From NCBI GenBank assembly GCA_030704615.1, contig CM060733.1:75764001-75828000 (forward strand): a DNA stretch of 64,000 nt, read 5' to 3'. Each line of letters begins with the position of its first letter. The stretch's first letter is position 1. Both the position numbers and the translations under genes were made by a program. This document shows, one piece after another, positions 1 through 11,950 of the stretch. This DNA comes from Takakia lepidozioides. Lineage: Eukaryota > Plantae > Bryophyta. Below the pieces are notes generated by a model. It made no database searches and had not been told where the DNA came from. It was given only the letters and a program-made list of their open reading frames with translations.

Positions 1-368
1 TATGTTGAATAAAAAGAGAGCTGCTCAATATTACTGCCACTGAACTGTTGCTCTTCTGGGTGTGGACAGGTGGAAGGCATGGAAGCACGGGGGGGTCACT
101 ATATGTATTTTTTTCATATCACGTGCGTACAAAGGTATATTTATACTAGGCTATATTTTTAAAATTTTGCATTTTTTTCCACCCTATCTTTAGGTAATAT
201 TGTAAAACCCTTTGTTTTCTAACACCTTTTTTTAATAATTTTCTTTTGCAACAATTAATTAGATCATATTTTAAATTGTCATTTTAAATAATTACAAAAT
301 TTCAAAGCACGTACACAAACAAGTACATTCCATATAACATAAGTCAAATGCCAAGCCGAAGAAAAAGT

Positions 369-560
369 TTAATTTTCATTAGCCACGAACTCATTCAAAG
401 CCGCAGCATCACTTGGATCTAAAAAGTACAAGTTTTGAGATGGTTCAAATGCCATAGTCACTGTTGAGATTATGGTATCAACATCAATCCACTGTGTATC
501 ACTGGAATCATATTTGAACTTCAGGTGACCTCTACCTGATTTCATCCTGATGGATTGGAG
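369..560 (-). pseudogene. C-terminal remnant of a probably TE-encoded ORF
   Basis: Reads ...KFKYDSSDTQWIDVDTIISTVTMAFEPSQNLYFLDPSDAAALNEFVANEN* toward the left TIR. Family not identified. Confidence 0.3.
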
Positions 561-1393
561 CTAGATGAAATATGAGAAACTTCAAAAGGATGGATACATT
601 ATAAAGCAAAGAAAGCATGACGCCTCCCGAAGGGAGCGTAACTTATGGTGTCTCTTCACCACAAGGGCTAAGACCTTCCAGCTGACAGGTGGACACCTTC
701 ATGACACACCAGACCGTGGTTTGAACCCACAACCACATCCAACGTGGTATGTGCCCATTACCACTGGGCTACATGTTGGTTGTCTGGATACATTATACTG
801 TAGATAAAACCCTTTATTACACTAGGGCTTCGCGTTGCTTCGAACTACTAGCGATGAATTCTGAGAACTACCTTCAATTTTTCACAAAAAAAGGGTGGGT
901 CATCCCCACGGTGTTACATGCAGAGATCTCGTGTTTTGTTTTTTTCTGGAAGAAAAATGGCGGATATCAAGGTTCTATTAGCACAAGCCGCATCAACCAA
1001 TAACAACATACCCAAATACCCTTACATTCACTGTATGAACTTTCAAGCATCCACCATGGGATTGGATCTTGGTGGGTTAAGCCTAGCTTTTGACAATATT
1101 CATGCAAGTTCGTCAAGGGCTCCATCCAAAGCCACACCACGAGAAACAAACAAACATGTCTAAATTTAAGATGTTGAACAAACTTATGCGCAGGGCTGCC
1201 CCTCTCATCAAGCTCTTTAAAATTCGTATTCACTTCCATCTTCAAGCTTTGGAGAAGCTCCACCACCCAAACCCAGAATTAGGATAGCACTCTGATTTCC
1301 ATCCACTGTCGCCAAAATCAGTCAAAAATCACCCCTTCAGTCAAGTGCAATTGTGGGCTGACTTCCCACCTATGCCGGGTAGACCCCACTATC

Positions 1394-1546
1394 AGGAAAT
1401 GGTGGATGGTCTGAGTAGCTACACAGATCAATGAATGAAGCGAGACACTTGCATCTTGCACTCAACAGTACATGATGGTCAGTACTCTTAGGAAATGGTG
1501 GATGGTCTGAGTAGCTACACAGATCAATGAATGAAGCAAGACACTA
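1394..1546. repeat. Local direct duplication (~55 bp, two copies)
   Basis: aggaaatggtggatggtctgagtagctacacagatcaatgaatgaagc[g/a]agacact at ~1394 and ~1490. Confidence 0.85.
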
Positions 1547-1570
1547 GTATCTTTCCAAGAAAACATCCTT

Positions 1571-2160
1571 TCACCAGTAATCACCACAAGAACAAATCCC
1601 ATCTTCAAAGTGGTGGAAAGTAGTTAGCGTCCCATACAACAATTGCTCGGCCAACAATGAGATGAATTTGGTGGAGGTGTGGCAGTCTCCACATACTTGA
1701 AGATTCTTGACGAGTCGTGCTGATCAGCCCAAAACCAATGGCCTTGGTGGCAAAGAGAAAATTCCTTTCCTCCACATCATGCAATAAAAAGCGTGTGCCA
1801 GGCACATACCCCCCCTCCTTCATCTGCCCAGACAATCTTCTCCAGAGCTGCCAGGCTTGCACACGCATTGCAAATGCACAAAAACGTGATGTGGTCGGGC
1901 TTCACCCCTTCCCCCATCATTTGATCATAGGTCTCCAAGGCCTCCATACCACATCCCTGCTGTGGATACCCTGCAAGCATCGTGTTCCATGACACCACAT
2001 CTCGTTCAGCCATAGTGTTGAAAACTCCCTTCGCATCCTTAATGCACCCACATTTGGCATTCATGTCCACCAGGGTAGTGTTCACAATGACATCTGGCAC
2101 AATTCCAGCTTTGACGATGTCACCATGGACCTCTTTCCCCTTTTCCAGAGGTCCAAGGCT
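1571..2160 (-). pseudogene. PLS-PPR-DYW RNA-editing-factor pseudogene, 3' part
   Basis: PPR S/P/L motifs (LVDMNAKCGCIKDAKGVF, DVVSWNTMLAGY, ITFLCICNACASL) joined by a deletion to QMKEGGYVPGTRFLLHDVEE. Terminal FHHFEDGICSCGDYW* ends at TGA 1571-1573. The HSE zinc motif is deleted and there are frameshifts. Confidence 0.93.
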
Positions 2161-2168
2161 TTCACACC

Positions 2169-3225
2169 ATGCCGGAAGCCTTTTGGGAAGGGTTGTTGGC
2201 GCAGTTTGGCGGGACGTTGAAAGACGTGTTGAAGGCGGCTAATGCCACTTCCGCTAAGGCAAAGTTTAAGGTGAAGCCTAAGGAACCCGGCACCTTCGAG
2301 GGCATCCGAAATCGGAAGGCACTCAACACCTGGCTCTTGGAGCTAGAGCAGTACTTCCGGGCGGCCAAGTTGAGTGATGAGGATCGGGTGGAAGTGGCTC
2401 CCACCTATTTGAGGGGCTATGCTCAACAATGGTGGCAGAAACGCCTTCACGACCGAGGTCCAAGTCCGGAAACCTTGAACTGGAGTGGGTTCAAGGAATT
2501 GATGAAGAGACAGTTTGTGCCCCTCAACGCGTCCTGGCTTGCCCGGGACAAGATGAGGAATTTGAAGCAAACAGATGACATTCGGGGGTATGTCCAGGCT
2601 TTCAATGTGCTATTGCTCGAAGTCGCGGACATGGCAGAACCAGAAATGGTCTTCAACTTTGTGGCGGGACTGGCCCCATGGGCCAGGCGGAAGTTGGAGG
2701 AGAAGCCACCCAAGACTTTGAACGAGGCAATTGAGAGGGCTGAATGTTTCTCGGATGTCCCTAGGGGTGAGAGACAAGGCCGTACGGAGCTGAACCACAA
2801 GAAGACCCGGCGGGAAGGTGACTCCTTCCGACCGGAAAAGAAGTGGGATAGGCCACGCGGCGATAATGGCACGTGGAAATCGAAGGGATGGCCTTCACAC
2901 GTCAAGGCGGCACCTGGTGCTTCGAAAGGAAAAGCGGGTGGAGCAGCTTATGGCGGACAGAAGGCAACCTTTGATGGAGTGTGTTTCAATTGCGGGGAGC
3001 CCGGGCACATGGCCAAGAAGTGCACAAAACCTCGACAATTGAACATGACTCGAGCAACCACGGAGCTGTCGGAAGATACAATCAGTCGCTTGGTGGAAGC
3101 GGTGGTCGCCAGGACTTGCAAGGTAGGCAACTATTCTTGTGAGTTGTATCAGGAAACTGGCGCCCTGCGTAAAGGGAGTCAGTTATTGTTCATGGATGGG
3201 ATAATATCCGGAACTAACGTGTCGT
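2169..3225 (+). mobile_element. gag: Ty3/Gypsy gag fragment (capsid plus CCHC knuckle, start of protease), no LTRs
   Basis: Open ~350-aa frame with a retrotrans_gag-like core (WL.ELEQYF, AQQWW, LKQT..IRGYV..F) and knuckle CFNCGEPGHMAKKC. It runs straight into antisense PPR sequence at ~3226. Confidence 0.9.
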
Positions 3226-4105
3226 TGTGCAAACACAAACAAATGTGATGTGGTTGGTTTTCACCCCTTTGCACATCGTTTGCTCATAGGTCTCCAAAGC
3301 CTCCATCCCGCGCCCTTGCTGTGCATATCTAGCAATCATCACACTCCACGACACCACATCACATTCAGCCATATTGTCAAACACTCCATTTGCAGCCTCG
3401 ATGCACCCACATTTGACATACATGTCCACCAGGGTAGTGTTCAAAATGACATCGGGTACAATTCCAGATTTGATAATGTCACCATGGACCTCTTTGCACT
3501 TTTCCAGGGCTGCCAGGCTTGCACACGCATTGCAAATGCAAACAAACGTCATGTGTTTGGGCTTCACCCCCTTCGCACATCATTTGCTCATAGTTCTCCA
3601 AAGCCTCCATCCCGCGCGCTTGCTGTGCATATCCTGCAATCATCGCACTCCATGACACCACATCTCGTTCAGCCATACTGTCAAACACTCCCTTCATACA
3701 TGTCCACGAGGGTATTGTTCAGAATGACATTTGGTACAACTGCAGCTCTGACCATGTCGCCATGAACCTCTTTGCCCTTTTCCAGAGCTGCCAGGCTTGC
3801 ACATGCATTGCAAATGCACAAAAACGTGATGTGATCGGGCTTCACCCCTTCCCCCATCATTTGATCATAGGTCTCCAAGGCCTCCATACCACGTCCCTGC
3901 TGTGGATACCCTGCAAGCATCGTGTTCCATGACACCACATCTCGTTCAGCCATAGTGTTGAAAACTCCCTTCGCATCCTTAATGCACCCACATTTGGCAT
4001 TCATGTCCACCAGGGTAGTGTTCACAATGACATCTGACACAATTTCAGCTTTGACAATGTCATCATGGACCTCTTTCCCCTTTTCCAGGGCTCCCAGGCT
4101 TGCAA
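3226..4105 (-). pseudogene. PLS-class PPR tract (about three P-L-S triplets)
   Basis: Repeated ~303-bp triplet DVVSW..MLAGYAQQG..MEALETYEQM..EGVKP / NHITFVC.CNACASLAALEKGKEVHGDI / DVILNTTLVDMY.KCG. Frameshifted. Confidence 0.93.
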
Positions 4106-4539
4106 ATAGCCACTCCGTGATGACTTGACAGCTGTATCCACCAGCCTGCATGAGTGAAAACATAAATCAAGAAAATGCACATCAATGGATCATATATGTT
4201 CAATATGTTTTTACCAAATTATTAATGAAGATGCACTGTCTAGTGTAGGATATTGCTCCCTTATATCATACCTATTTAGGCCAATGCATTTTCAAGCCAA
4301 ATTTGCACCATAAAATGGGCTTTCTACAAGGAGGAGAGGGAGATGTATAATTAGGCTTTGCTTGCATAACCCAACGGCCAGAAACCCAAACACCTGTTGT
4401 AGATAGAGCACAAAAGACTGGAAGGGGACAGGGTGCAAAATGAGGGCTACTACCACCACTGAATGCTTACTCCAGTGGTACACCTCCCTTCGAAACAACT
4501 CTTCATTATAGAATCACTCTGATAGGAGAGATGAGGACA

Positions 4540-6200
4540 AACAAGAAACGAGCTTCTCCTCATCTATGTTATCTGTTTTTGGATACTTTCATGCTGCCAC
4601 ATCGGCAGTAACTTGTCAAAGTCACTCCTAACCACCACAGATCCACCCAACGAGCTAACTTACAGAATTCAATATGCATCTCAGGGCCGAGTCTAATGAG
4701 AGGATAAAACAAGGACCTCTTGAGTGTGCAGCTTGTGTCTGTAGCGTTCAGAATGACATCTGGTAATCTGACAGGCATTCACCTTTTTCCCTCGGTTGTC
4801 CCACCATTGGCTGGGGTCAGAAAAGTATTCATCCCACAACTTCTCATCATCTCTGTTTACATGTTTTTGGATACTTTCCTGTGTCACATTGGCAGTATCA
4901 TGTCAAAGTCACTCCAAACTACCATTAAAGGTTCACTCACAGCTAACTTGCAGAATTCAACATGGAAATTTAGGGTAGATTCTGATAAGAGGGGAAAACA
5001 GGGTGAAATGTGTTGAAGAATGTGCCTTCTCCTCATCTATGTTATCTATTATTGGATACTTTCATGCTGCCACATTGGCAGTAACTTGTCAAAGTCACTC
5101 TTAATCACCACAGATCCACCCAACGAGCTAACTTACAGAGTTCAATATGCATCTTAGGGCCGAATCTGATGAGAGGGTAAAACAGACAGAAATAGGTTGA
5201 AGAAGAAGGTGCCCTCACCACATTGTCCTTGACCTTCTGATCAACCCTAAAGGACCTTGTGTGTGTGTAGCTTGTGCCTGAAGCCTTCATAATGACATCT
5301 GGTAATCTGTAGGTATTCACCTTTTTGCCTCGTTTGTCCCACCATTAGCTGGGGTCAGAAAAGTATTCATCCCACAGCTTCCTCATCTCTATTTACATGT
5401 TTTTGGATACTTTCCTGTGTCACATTGGCAGTATCATGTCAAAGTCACTCCAAACTACCAAAGATTCACTCAATCAGCTAACTTGCATAATCCAACATGG
5501 AAATGTAGGGCAGATTCTGATAAGAGGGGAAAACAAGGTGAAATGTGTTGAAGAAGGTGTCTTCTCCTCATCCATATTATCTGTTTTTGGATACTTTCCT
5601 ATTGCCACATCAACAATAACTTGTCAAAGTCACTCCTAACCACCACAGATCCACCTAACGAGCTAGCTTACAGAGTTCAATATGCATCTCAAGGCCGAGT
5701 CTGATGAGAGGGTAAAACAGACAGAAAGAGGTTGAAGAAGAAGATGCACTCACCACATTGTCCTTGACCTTGTGTCATGACCCATGGAGGATTTCACCAA
5801 ACATCAACCCTAAAGAACCTCTTGTGTATGCAGCTTGTGTTTGCAGCCTTCAGAATGATATCTGGTAATCTACAGGCATTCACCTTTTTGCCTCGTTTGT
5901 CCCACCAAGCAGCTGGTTCGATTGGCATTTTGTTCATGAAGTCCTCTGCCACCTCCACTCAACCTGCGCGGCCATGATTTTACTCACAGATTGATCTGTG
6001 AGAACCACCATGGTGCATGTGAGCAAGTAGAGATTGAAAAAAGACCAAGCTGACTCTCCCAAGAACCTTGTAAACATCAGGAACAATACCAAATCTTGGC
6101 ACTAAGAGCCCACATTTGCAGGATGGACAAACTTCTTCACATCGCACATTCAGAAAAGCGACACCTTGCGATTGAGGTTGTCCCACCATGTGCAAGAGCT
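4540..6200 (-). pseudogene. Tandem ~540-560 bp units each encoding an OSB-type PDF motif (degenerate)
   Basis: Recurrent DEKLWDEYFSDPSQWWDNRGKK (~4800, ~5340, partial ~5900) and ..RHK.HTQEVL..D..NPPWVMTQG. A WWDNLNRK-type exon sits at ~6170-6190. Confidence 0.8.
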
Positions 6201-7599
6201 GCTGCTGTGTACTCACAATCTGTGAATGTCTCCATCTGCGAATCGCGATCGGCCTGTGAAACCCCTCCTGTGGTTCAACAAGATCAATACACGGGCAGGT
6301 TGGGCAGTTTCAAAAAACTGGCGTGACGAGTTCTATTCGCGTTTCTCGGGCGGGCAGTTCGGGCAGACTCGACATAATTTGAGGACGAAACGTGGCGACG
6401 ATGATGTGGCGACAAAAACGTGGCACTATGGCACCCTATTCTTGCTCTACGCTAAACTAGCTTCTGACCTTCGATCGTCGCTAGAATTAATTTTTTTAAG
6501 TAAAACTTTGGATTTTTTTGTGATTTTGTTTTTTTTTTTAAACTAGGTGAAAGGATATTGCCTTACCGTATTTTCTAAGTATAACTTTTCTAAAACTTAC
6601 CTCAAAAAAATAAATTGCACCCTATATTTGTTCTCACGTGGTTTTAAAAATACTGGGAGTGACCCCCCCAAGCATGGAAGTCAAAGCAGATGAGGGTGAA
6701 GTGACGCACATGAGGAGGTTAGCTATTTCATGAGCATGAGCGGCATGAGCGGAGTAGTAAGACAATCGGTTTTCATGAGCAGAAGTACAAATTCTGGAAA
6801 TAAAAAACATTTAAAAACATTATTTTTAATGGAATGTAGCAGGAAAAAACAAAACAAAAACCAATATAATATTCATTGTTTGAAGTAGAAATTGTAGTTT
6901 TGAGAGCCGTGCTCATGATATTTCGTCTTTCGCCCATGCGAATTCCGAGCGACATCTGCAAAAATGGCGCCGAATTTTGCGGTAATAAGTTCCGCAAGCA
7001 GAAAAATCGGCGACGTATTGCGCGGTAATAGGTGTCTCCGCCGAAAAATAGTGCCGAATTTCGCGGTTATAGGTCCCAACATGATTGAAGTGTAAGCCCA
7101 AAATTTGGAAAAAGACCATAGCGGGTGTGAAATATACTACGGCCTATGTTGTAGGACATTCCACATAAATGTGGAGGATACCACAGTTCACCGTAGGTTG
7201 CTTGTGGTCAGTATCACGATCTAAAGACATCTAAACACAATTCCAAAGCATCACGGCAACAACCTGCTCATGACATGAAGAACTGACTAAGCATGGCCAG
7301 AACAACAGATAGAATGAGCAGATGCAACGATAATTCAAAATTACATAAGTGCTTCATTGCCCAAATACACTTCAGTCTGACATCAAAGAGTCTGAGTCTA
7401 AGATCAAAGATCTGAGTCTGAGTCTGAGGCAGAGGCCAGGCTGCACAATGCAGCCCAGCACAGGGGTTCAGCCTAAAGCTCCAAAAAATGACATTTGTTT
7501 GTTTTCCAAGTTCCTGCATAAAGATGCACCAACCAACATTGCATTGTGAGACACTCACTATACTCCAAAGCTATCAGGGAAGGTCACTGAGCAACCTGC

Positions 7600-8750
7600 C
7601 AAGGCGGAAACACCTGAGTCTAGACCCACACTATATCCCTGCTTCTTCAGCTATCCATGCCTCTGCACAAATCAAGTATACATCCTTGCCTTGCTGCTAG
7701 CAGCTGACGATGACAGCCTAGATTTATTCTAGGAAACACCCAACTCAGCTTATCACACTAGTTCCTATGCTCAATTGCATCTGCTACTCTCTATAATCCA
7801 ACAAGCATTCACCTTCTTGCCTCGATTGTCCCACCATTGACTGGGGTCAGAAAAGTATTCATTCCACAGCTTGTCCTCGTCTCTGTTACCTATTTCTGGA
7901 TACTTTCCTGTTGTCACATCGGCAGTATCATGTCAAAGTCACTCCAAACTAGATTCACTCAACCAGCTAACTTGCAGAATTCAACATGGAAAGTTAGGGC
8001 CGATTCTAATAAGAGGGAAATGTAATGAAGAAGATGCTTTCATTAGCAACGCCTGATTATATCAATTGTGCCGCTGCTGCCAGTTGACCATCTACCCATG
8101 TAGGTTTCTGGTAGCTATTGATCCACAGGGAATCACAGGTAATGTGGAGCTTGAAATCTGGCCCTCTTAGATGAATCTGGACCCACACTCTATCCCTGCT
8201 CCTACAGCTATCCATGCCTTTGCACAAATCATGCATTCACCCTTTCCGTGCTGCTAGCAACTGACAATGAAAGCCTAGAATTGTGCTAGGAAACACCCAA
8301 CTCAACTTATCACACTAGTTCCTATGCTCAATTGCATTTGCTACTCTCTGTAATCCAACAGGCATTTACCTTTTGCCTCAATTGTCCCACCATTGACTGG
8401 GGTCAGAAAAGTATTCATTCCACAGCTCCTGGTCTCCTTGTCTCTGTTACTTGTTTCTGGATACTTTCCTGTTGTCACATTAGCAATATTAGTCAGTCAC
8501 TCCAAACTATCAAAGGTTTACTCAACCAGCTAACTTGCAGAATTCAACATGAAAATTCAGGGCCGATTCTGATAAGAGGGAAAAACAGGGTGAAATGTGT
8601 TGAAGAAGGTGCCTTCATTAGCAGTGCCTGAATTTATCAATTGTGTTGCTACTGGTGCAGCTTCCAGTTGGCCATCTACCCATGCAGGTTGCTAGTAGTT
8701 ATTCTATTGATTCACAGGGAATCATAAGTAATCTTGTGCCTGAAATCTGG
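7600..8750 (-). pseudogene. Two-exon PDF-motif repeat units (OSB-like ssDNA-binding motif)
   Basis: Spliced consensus GKYPETGNRDEDKLWNEYFSDPSQWWDNRGKK|IHPRGPDFKLQITYDSLWINSYKKPAWVDGQL.AAAQLIKSGTANE. Intron GT(G/A)AAT..GTCCAG follows WWDNRGKK. Period is ~557 bp. Confidence 0.82.
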
Positions 8751-8799
8751 CCACTCTATCCCTTTGCTTCTTTTCGCCCACACATATGCAGCCATCACA

Positions 8800-10490
8800 G
8801 CCTCCAAACTGTGGCCCTTTGCCCATCATTTGCTCATAGGTATCCAAAGCCTCCATCCCGTGAATGTGCAGCCATCTTATCAAACACTGCCTTTGCATCC
8901 TCGATGGACCCACATTTGGCATAAAAGTCCACGAGGGTATTGTTCAGAATCACATCTGGTACAATTCCAGCTTTGGCGATGTCACCATGCACCTCTTTGC
9001 CCTTTTCCAGGGCTGCTAGGCTTGCACAAGCATTGCGAACGCACACAAAACGTGATGTGGTTGCACTTCACCCCTTCCCCCATCAATTGCTCATACGTCT
9101 CCAAGGCCTCCATCTCGCGCCCCTGCTGTGCATACCTTGCAAGCATCGTGTTCCATGACACCACATCTCGTCATAGTGTTGAACAATCCCTTTGCATCCT
9201 CAATGCTCCCACATTTGGCATACATGTCCACCAGGGCAGAGTTCAAAATGACACTGGGTACAATTCTAGCTTTGACAATGTCACCACGGACCTCTTTGCC
9301 CTTTTCCAGGGCTGCCAGGCTTGCAAACGCACACAAATGTGACATGGTTGGGCTTCACCCCTTCGCAGATCATTTGCTCATAGGTCTCCAAAACCTCCAT
9401 CCCGTGCCCTTGCTGTGCATATCCTGCAATCATCGCACTCCACAACACCACATCTCGTTCAGCCATATTGTCGAACACTCCCTTTGCATGATCGATGCTC
9501 CCACATTTGGCATACATGTCCACCAGGGTATTGTTCAGGATCACATCTGGTACGATTTTAGCTCTGACGATGTCGCCTTGCACCTCTATGCCCTTTTGCA
9601 AGGCTGTCAGGCTTGCACACGCACTGCAAACGCACACAAATATGATGTGGTTGGGCTTCACCCCTTCCCCCATCATTTGCTCATAGGTCTCCAAAGCCTC
9701 CATCCCACACCCCTACTGTGCATATCCTGCGAGCATCGCACTCCATGACACCACATTTCGTTCAGCCATATTGTCGAACACTTCCTTTGCATCCTTGATG
9801 CACCCACATTTGGCATACATGTCCACCAGGGCAGTATTCAGGATGACATCTGGTAGGATTCCAACTCTCACGATGTCGCCATGCACCTCTTTGCCCTTTT
9901 CCAGGGCTGCCAGGCTTGCACATGCACTGCAAACGCTACAAACGTGATGTGGTTGGGCTTCACCGCTTCCCCCATCATTTGCTCATAGGTCTCCAAGGCA
10001 TTCCTACCACACCCATGCTTGGTAAATCCTGCCAACATGATATTCCACGTGATCAAAGATCGTTGAGGCATTCTGTTGAACACTTGGTGAGCATCCATGA
10101 TGCTCCCGCACTTAACATACATGTTGACAAGGGTGTGGAGGAGAAAAACATTTGGCGTGAATCCACTTTGGATAATGTGAGTGTGCACCTGCTTTCCAAC
10201 TTCCAGGCCTTTCACCTTGATGCACTTATGCAAGAGACAGACATGCGTTTCTGAATCTGCTGAAATGCCTCTTTGGTTTAAAGTCTGTAGAGCCTCTTTC
10301 AGTCTGCGTGCCTCACAAGGCATCTTCACATGCCCAGAAGTGCCAGAAGAGGCATTGTGGACTCCCCCTCTTGATCCTCTTCCAGAAGCTGTGGTCTTGG
10401 TTGAGGTGCTTGATTTTATCAACTGTGACATTGCAGCTGCTGCCTTTAGTTGACCATCTACCCATGCAGGTTTCTTGTAGCTATTGATCC
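8800..10490 (-). pseudogene. PDF-PPR fusion pseudogene: end of PDF motif, linker and PLS-PPR array
   Basis: In-frame KKPAWVDGQLKAAAAMSQLIKS..GHVKMPCEARRLKEALQTLNQRGISADSETHVCLLHKC, followed by about five PLS triplets with frameshifts. Confidence 0.9.
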
Positions 10491-10569
10491 TAGCTAGTGC
10501 TTTGTTCTATCGATGTGCTGCTGCCGCTACTGTTTCCAGTTGACCATCTACCCACTTGTAGCCGTTGTG

Positions 10570-11950
10570 CTATTGAAGAAGGTGCCCCCTTTCCCCCATT
10601 TTCCAGAGGTCCCAGGCTTGCACACGCTTTTGCAAACACAAACACCCACGCCTGGTAAATCCTTCCAGCATTGTATTCCATGAGATCAAAGATCGTTGAG
10701 GCATTCTGTTGAAAACTTGGTGAGCATTCATGATGCTCCCGCACTTAACATACATGTTGACAAGGGTGTTGAGGAGAAAAACAGTTGGCGTGAGTCCACT
10801 TTGGATCATAATGTGAGTGTGCACCTGCTTTCCAGCTTCCAGACCTTTCCTCTTGATGCACTTAAGCAAGAGACAGACATACTTATCTAAATCTGCTGAA
10901 ATTCCTCATTGGTTTAAAGTCTGTAGAGCCTCATTCAGTCTGCCTGCCTCACAACGCATCTTGACATGCCCAGAAGTGCCAGAACAGGCATTGTGGACTC
11001 CCTCTCTTGATCCTCTTCCAGAAGTTGTGGTCATGGTTGAGGTGCCTGATTTGATCATTTGTGTCGTTGCTGCCGCGGCTTCCAATTGACCATCTACCCA
11101 TGCAGGTTTCTTGTAGCTATCCTTCCACAGGGAATCATAGGTGATCTGGAGCTTGAAATCCGGCCCGCTTCGATGAATCTCAACCCACACTCTATCCCTG
11201 CTCCTTCATTCCAGAGCTTCTCTTAGTTTCTGTTATCTATTTTCAATACTTTCTTGTTGCCACATAGGCAGTAACATGTCAAATCACTTCAAAACCCCCG
11301 GTACCATAGATCCACCAAGAGCTAACTTGCAGAATTCAACATGAAAATTAGGGACAATTCTGATAACAAGGAAAACAGGCTGAAATGTATTGAAGGTGCC
11401 TCCGTTACCACTGCCTAGTTCTATCAACCGAGTCTGATGGGAGGGAAAAACAGGCTGAAATAGGTCAAAGAAGAAGGTGCCCTCACCACATTGTCCTCGA
11501 CCTTGTGTCATGACCCATGGAGGATTTGACTGACCACGAACCTAAGAGAACCTCTTGTGTGTATTGCTTGTGTCTGTAGTCAGGTAATGTCTGATTGGTC
11601 TATGAGAACCACCACGGTGCAGCTGAGCGGGCAGAAATTGAAGCACGGCTTGCTGAGACCAAGCTGACTCTTCCAAGAACCTTGTAAACATCAGGAAGGA
11701 TACCAAAACACGGTACTAACAGGAGCCAAGAGCCCACATTTGCAGGATGAACAAACTTCTTCACATCGTACATTAAGAAAAAGCCACACCTTGCGATTGC
11801 GGTTGTCCCACCATCATGAAGGATCTTTAAAAACTCATGCCAGCTCTGCTCCATGCTGCAAATTCAAGGCTGAGTTTGATGAGAGCGCAAAACAGGCTGA
11901 AATAGGTCGAAGAAGAAGGTGCCCTCACCACATTGTCCTCGACCTAAGAC
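10570..11950 (-). pseudogene. Second PDF-linker-PPR junction plus upstream PDF exons
   Basis: ORF 10906-11190: GPDFKLQITYDSLWKDSYKKPAWVDGQL...CEAGRLNEALQTLNQ. Upstream exons MEQSWHEF..DPS.WWDNRNRK (~11790-11855) and TNQTLPDYRHKQ.TQEVL...NPPWVMTQG (~11480-11600). Confidence 0.85.

Larger units (their letters stand above)
88..6670. mobile_element. Putative TIR DNA element with G-rich imperfect TIRs enclosing PPR/PDF/gag sequence
   Basis: Left end GGGGGGGTCACTatatgtattttt..tcacgtgcgtacaaa (89-133) matches the reverse complement of the right end (about 6625-6669). Flanks are AGCA/AGCA (84-87, 6671-6674), or AAGCAC/AAGCAT if read as a 6-bp TSD. Subterminal DNA is AT-rich. Confidence 0.55.

Noticed and set aside
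800-1270. Possible transposase remnant on the minus strand
   Set aside because: Coding-like, but no diagnostic catalytic motif could be recognised.
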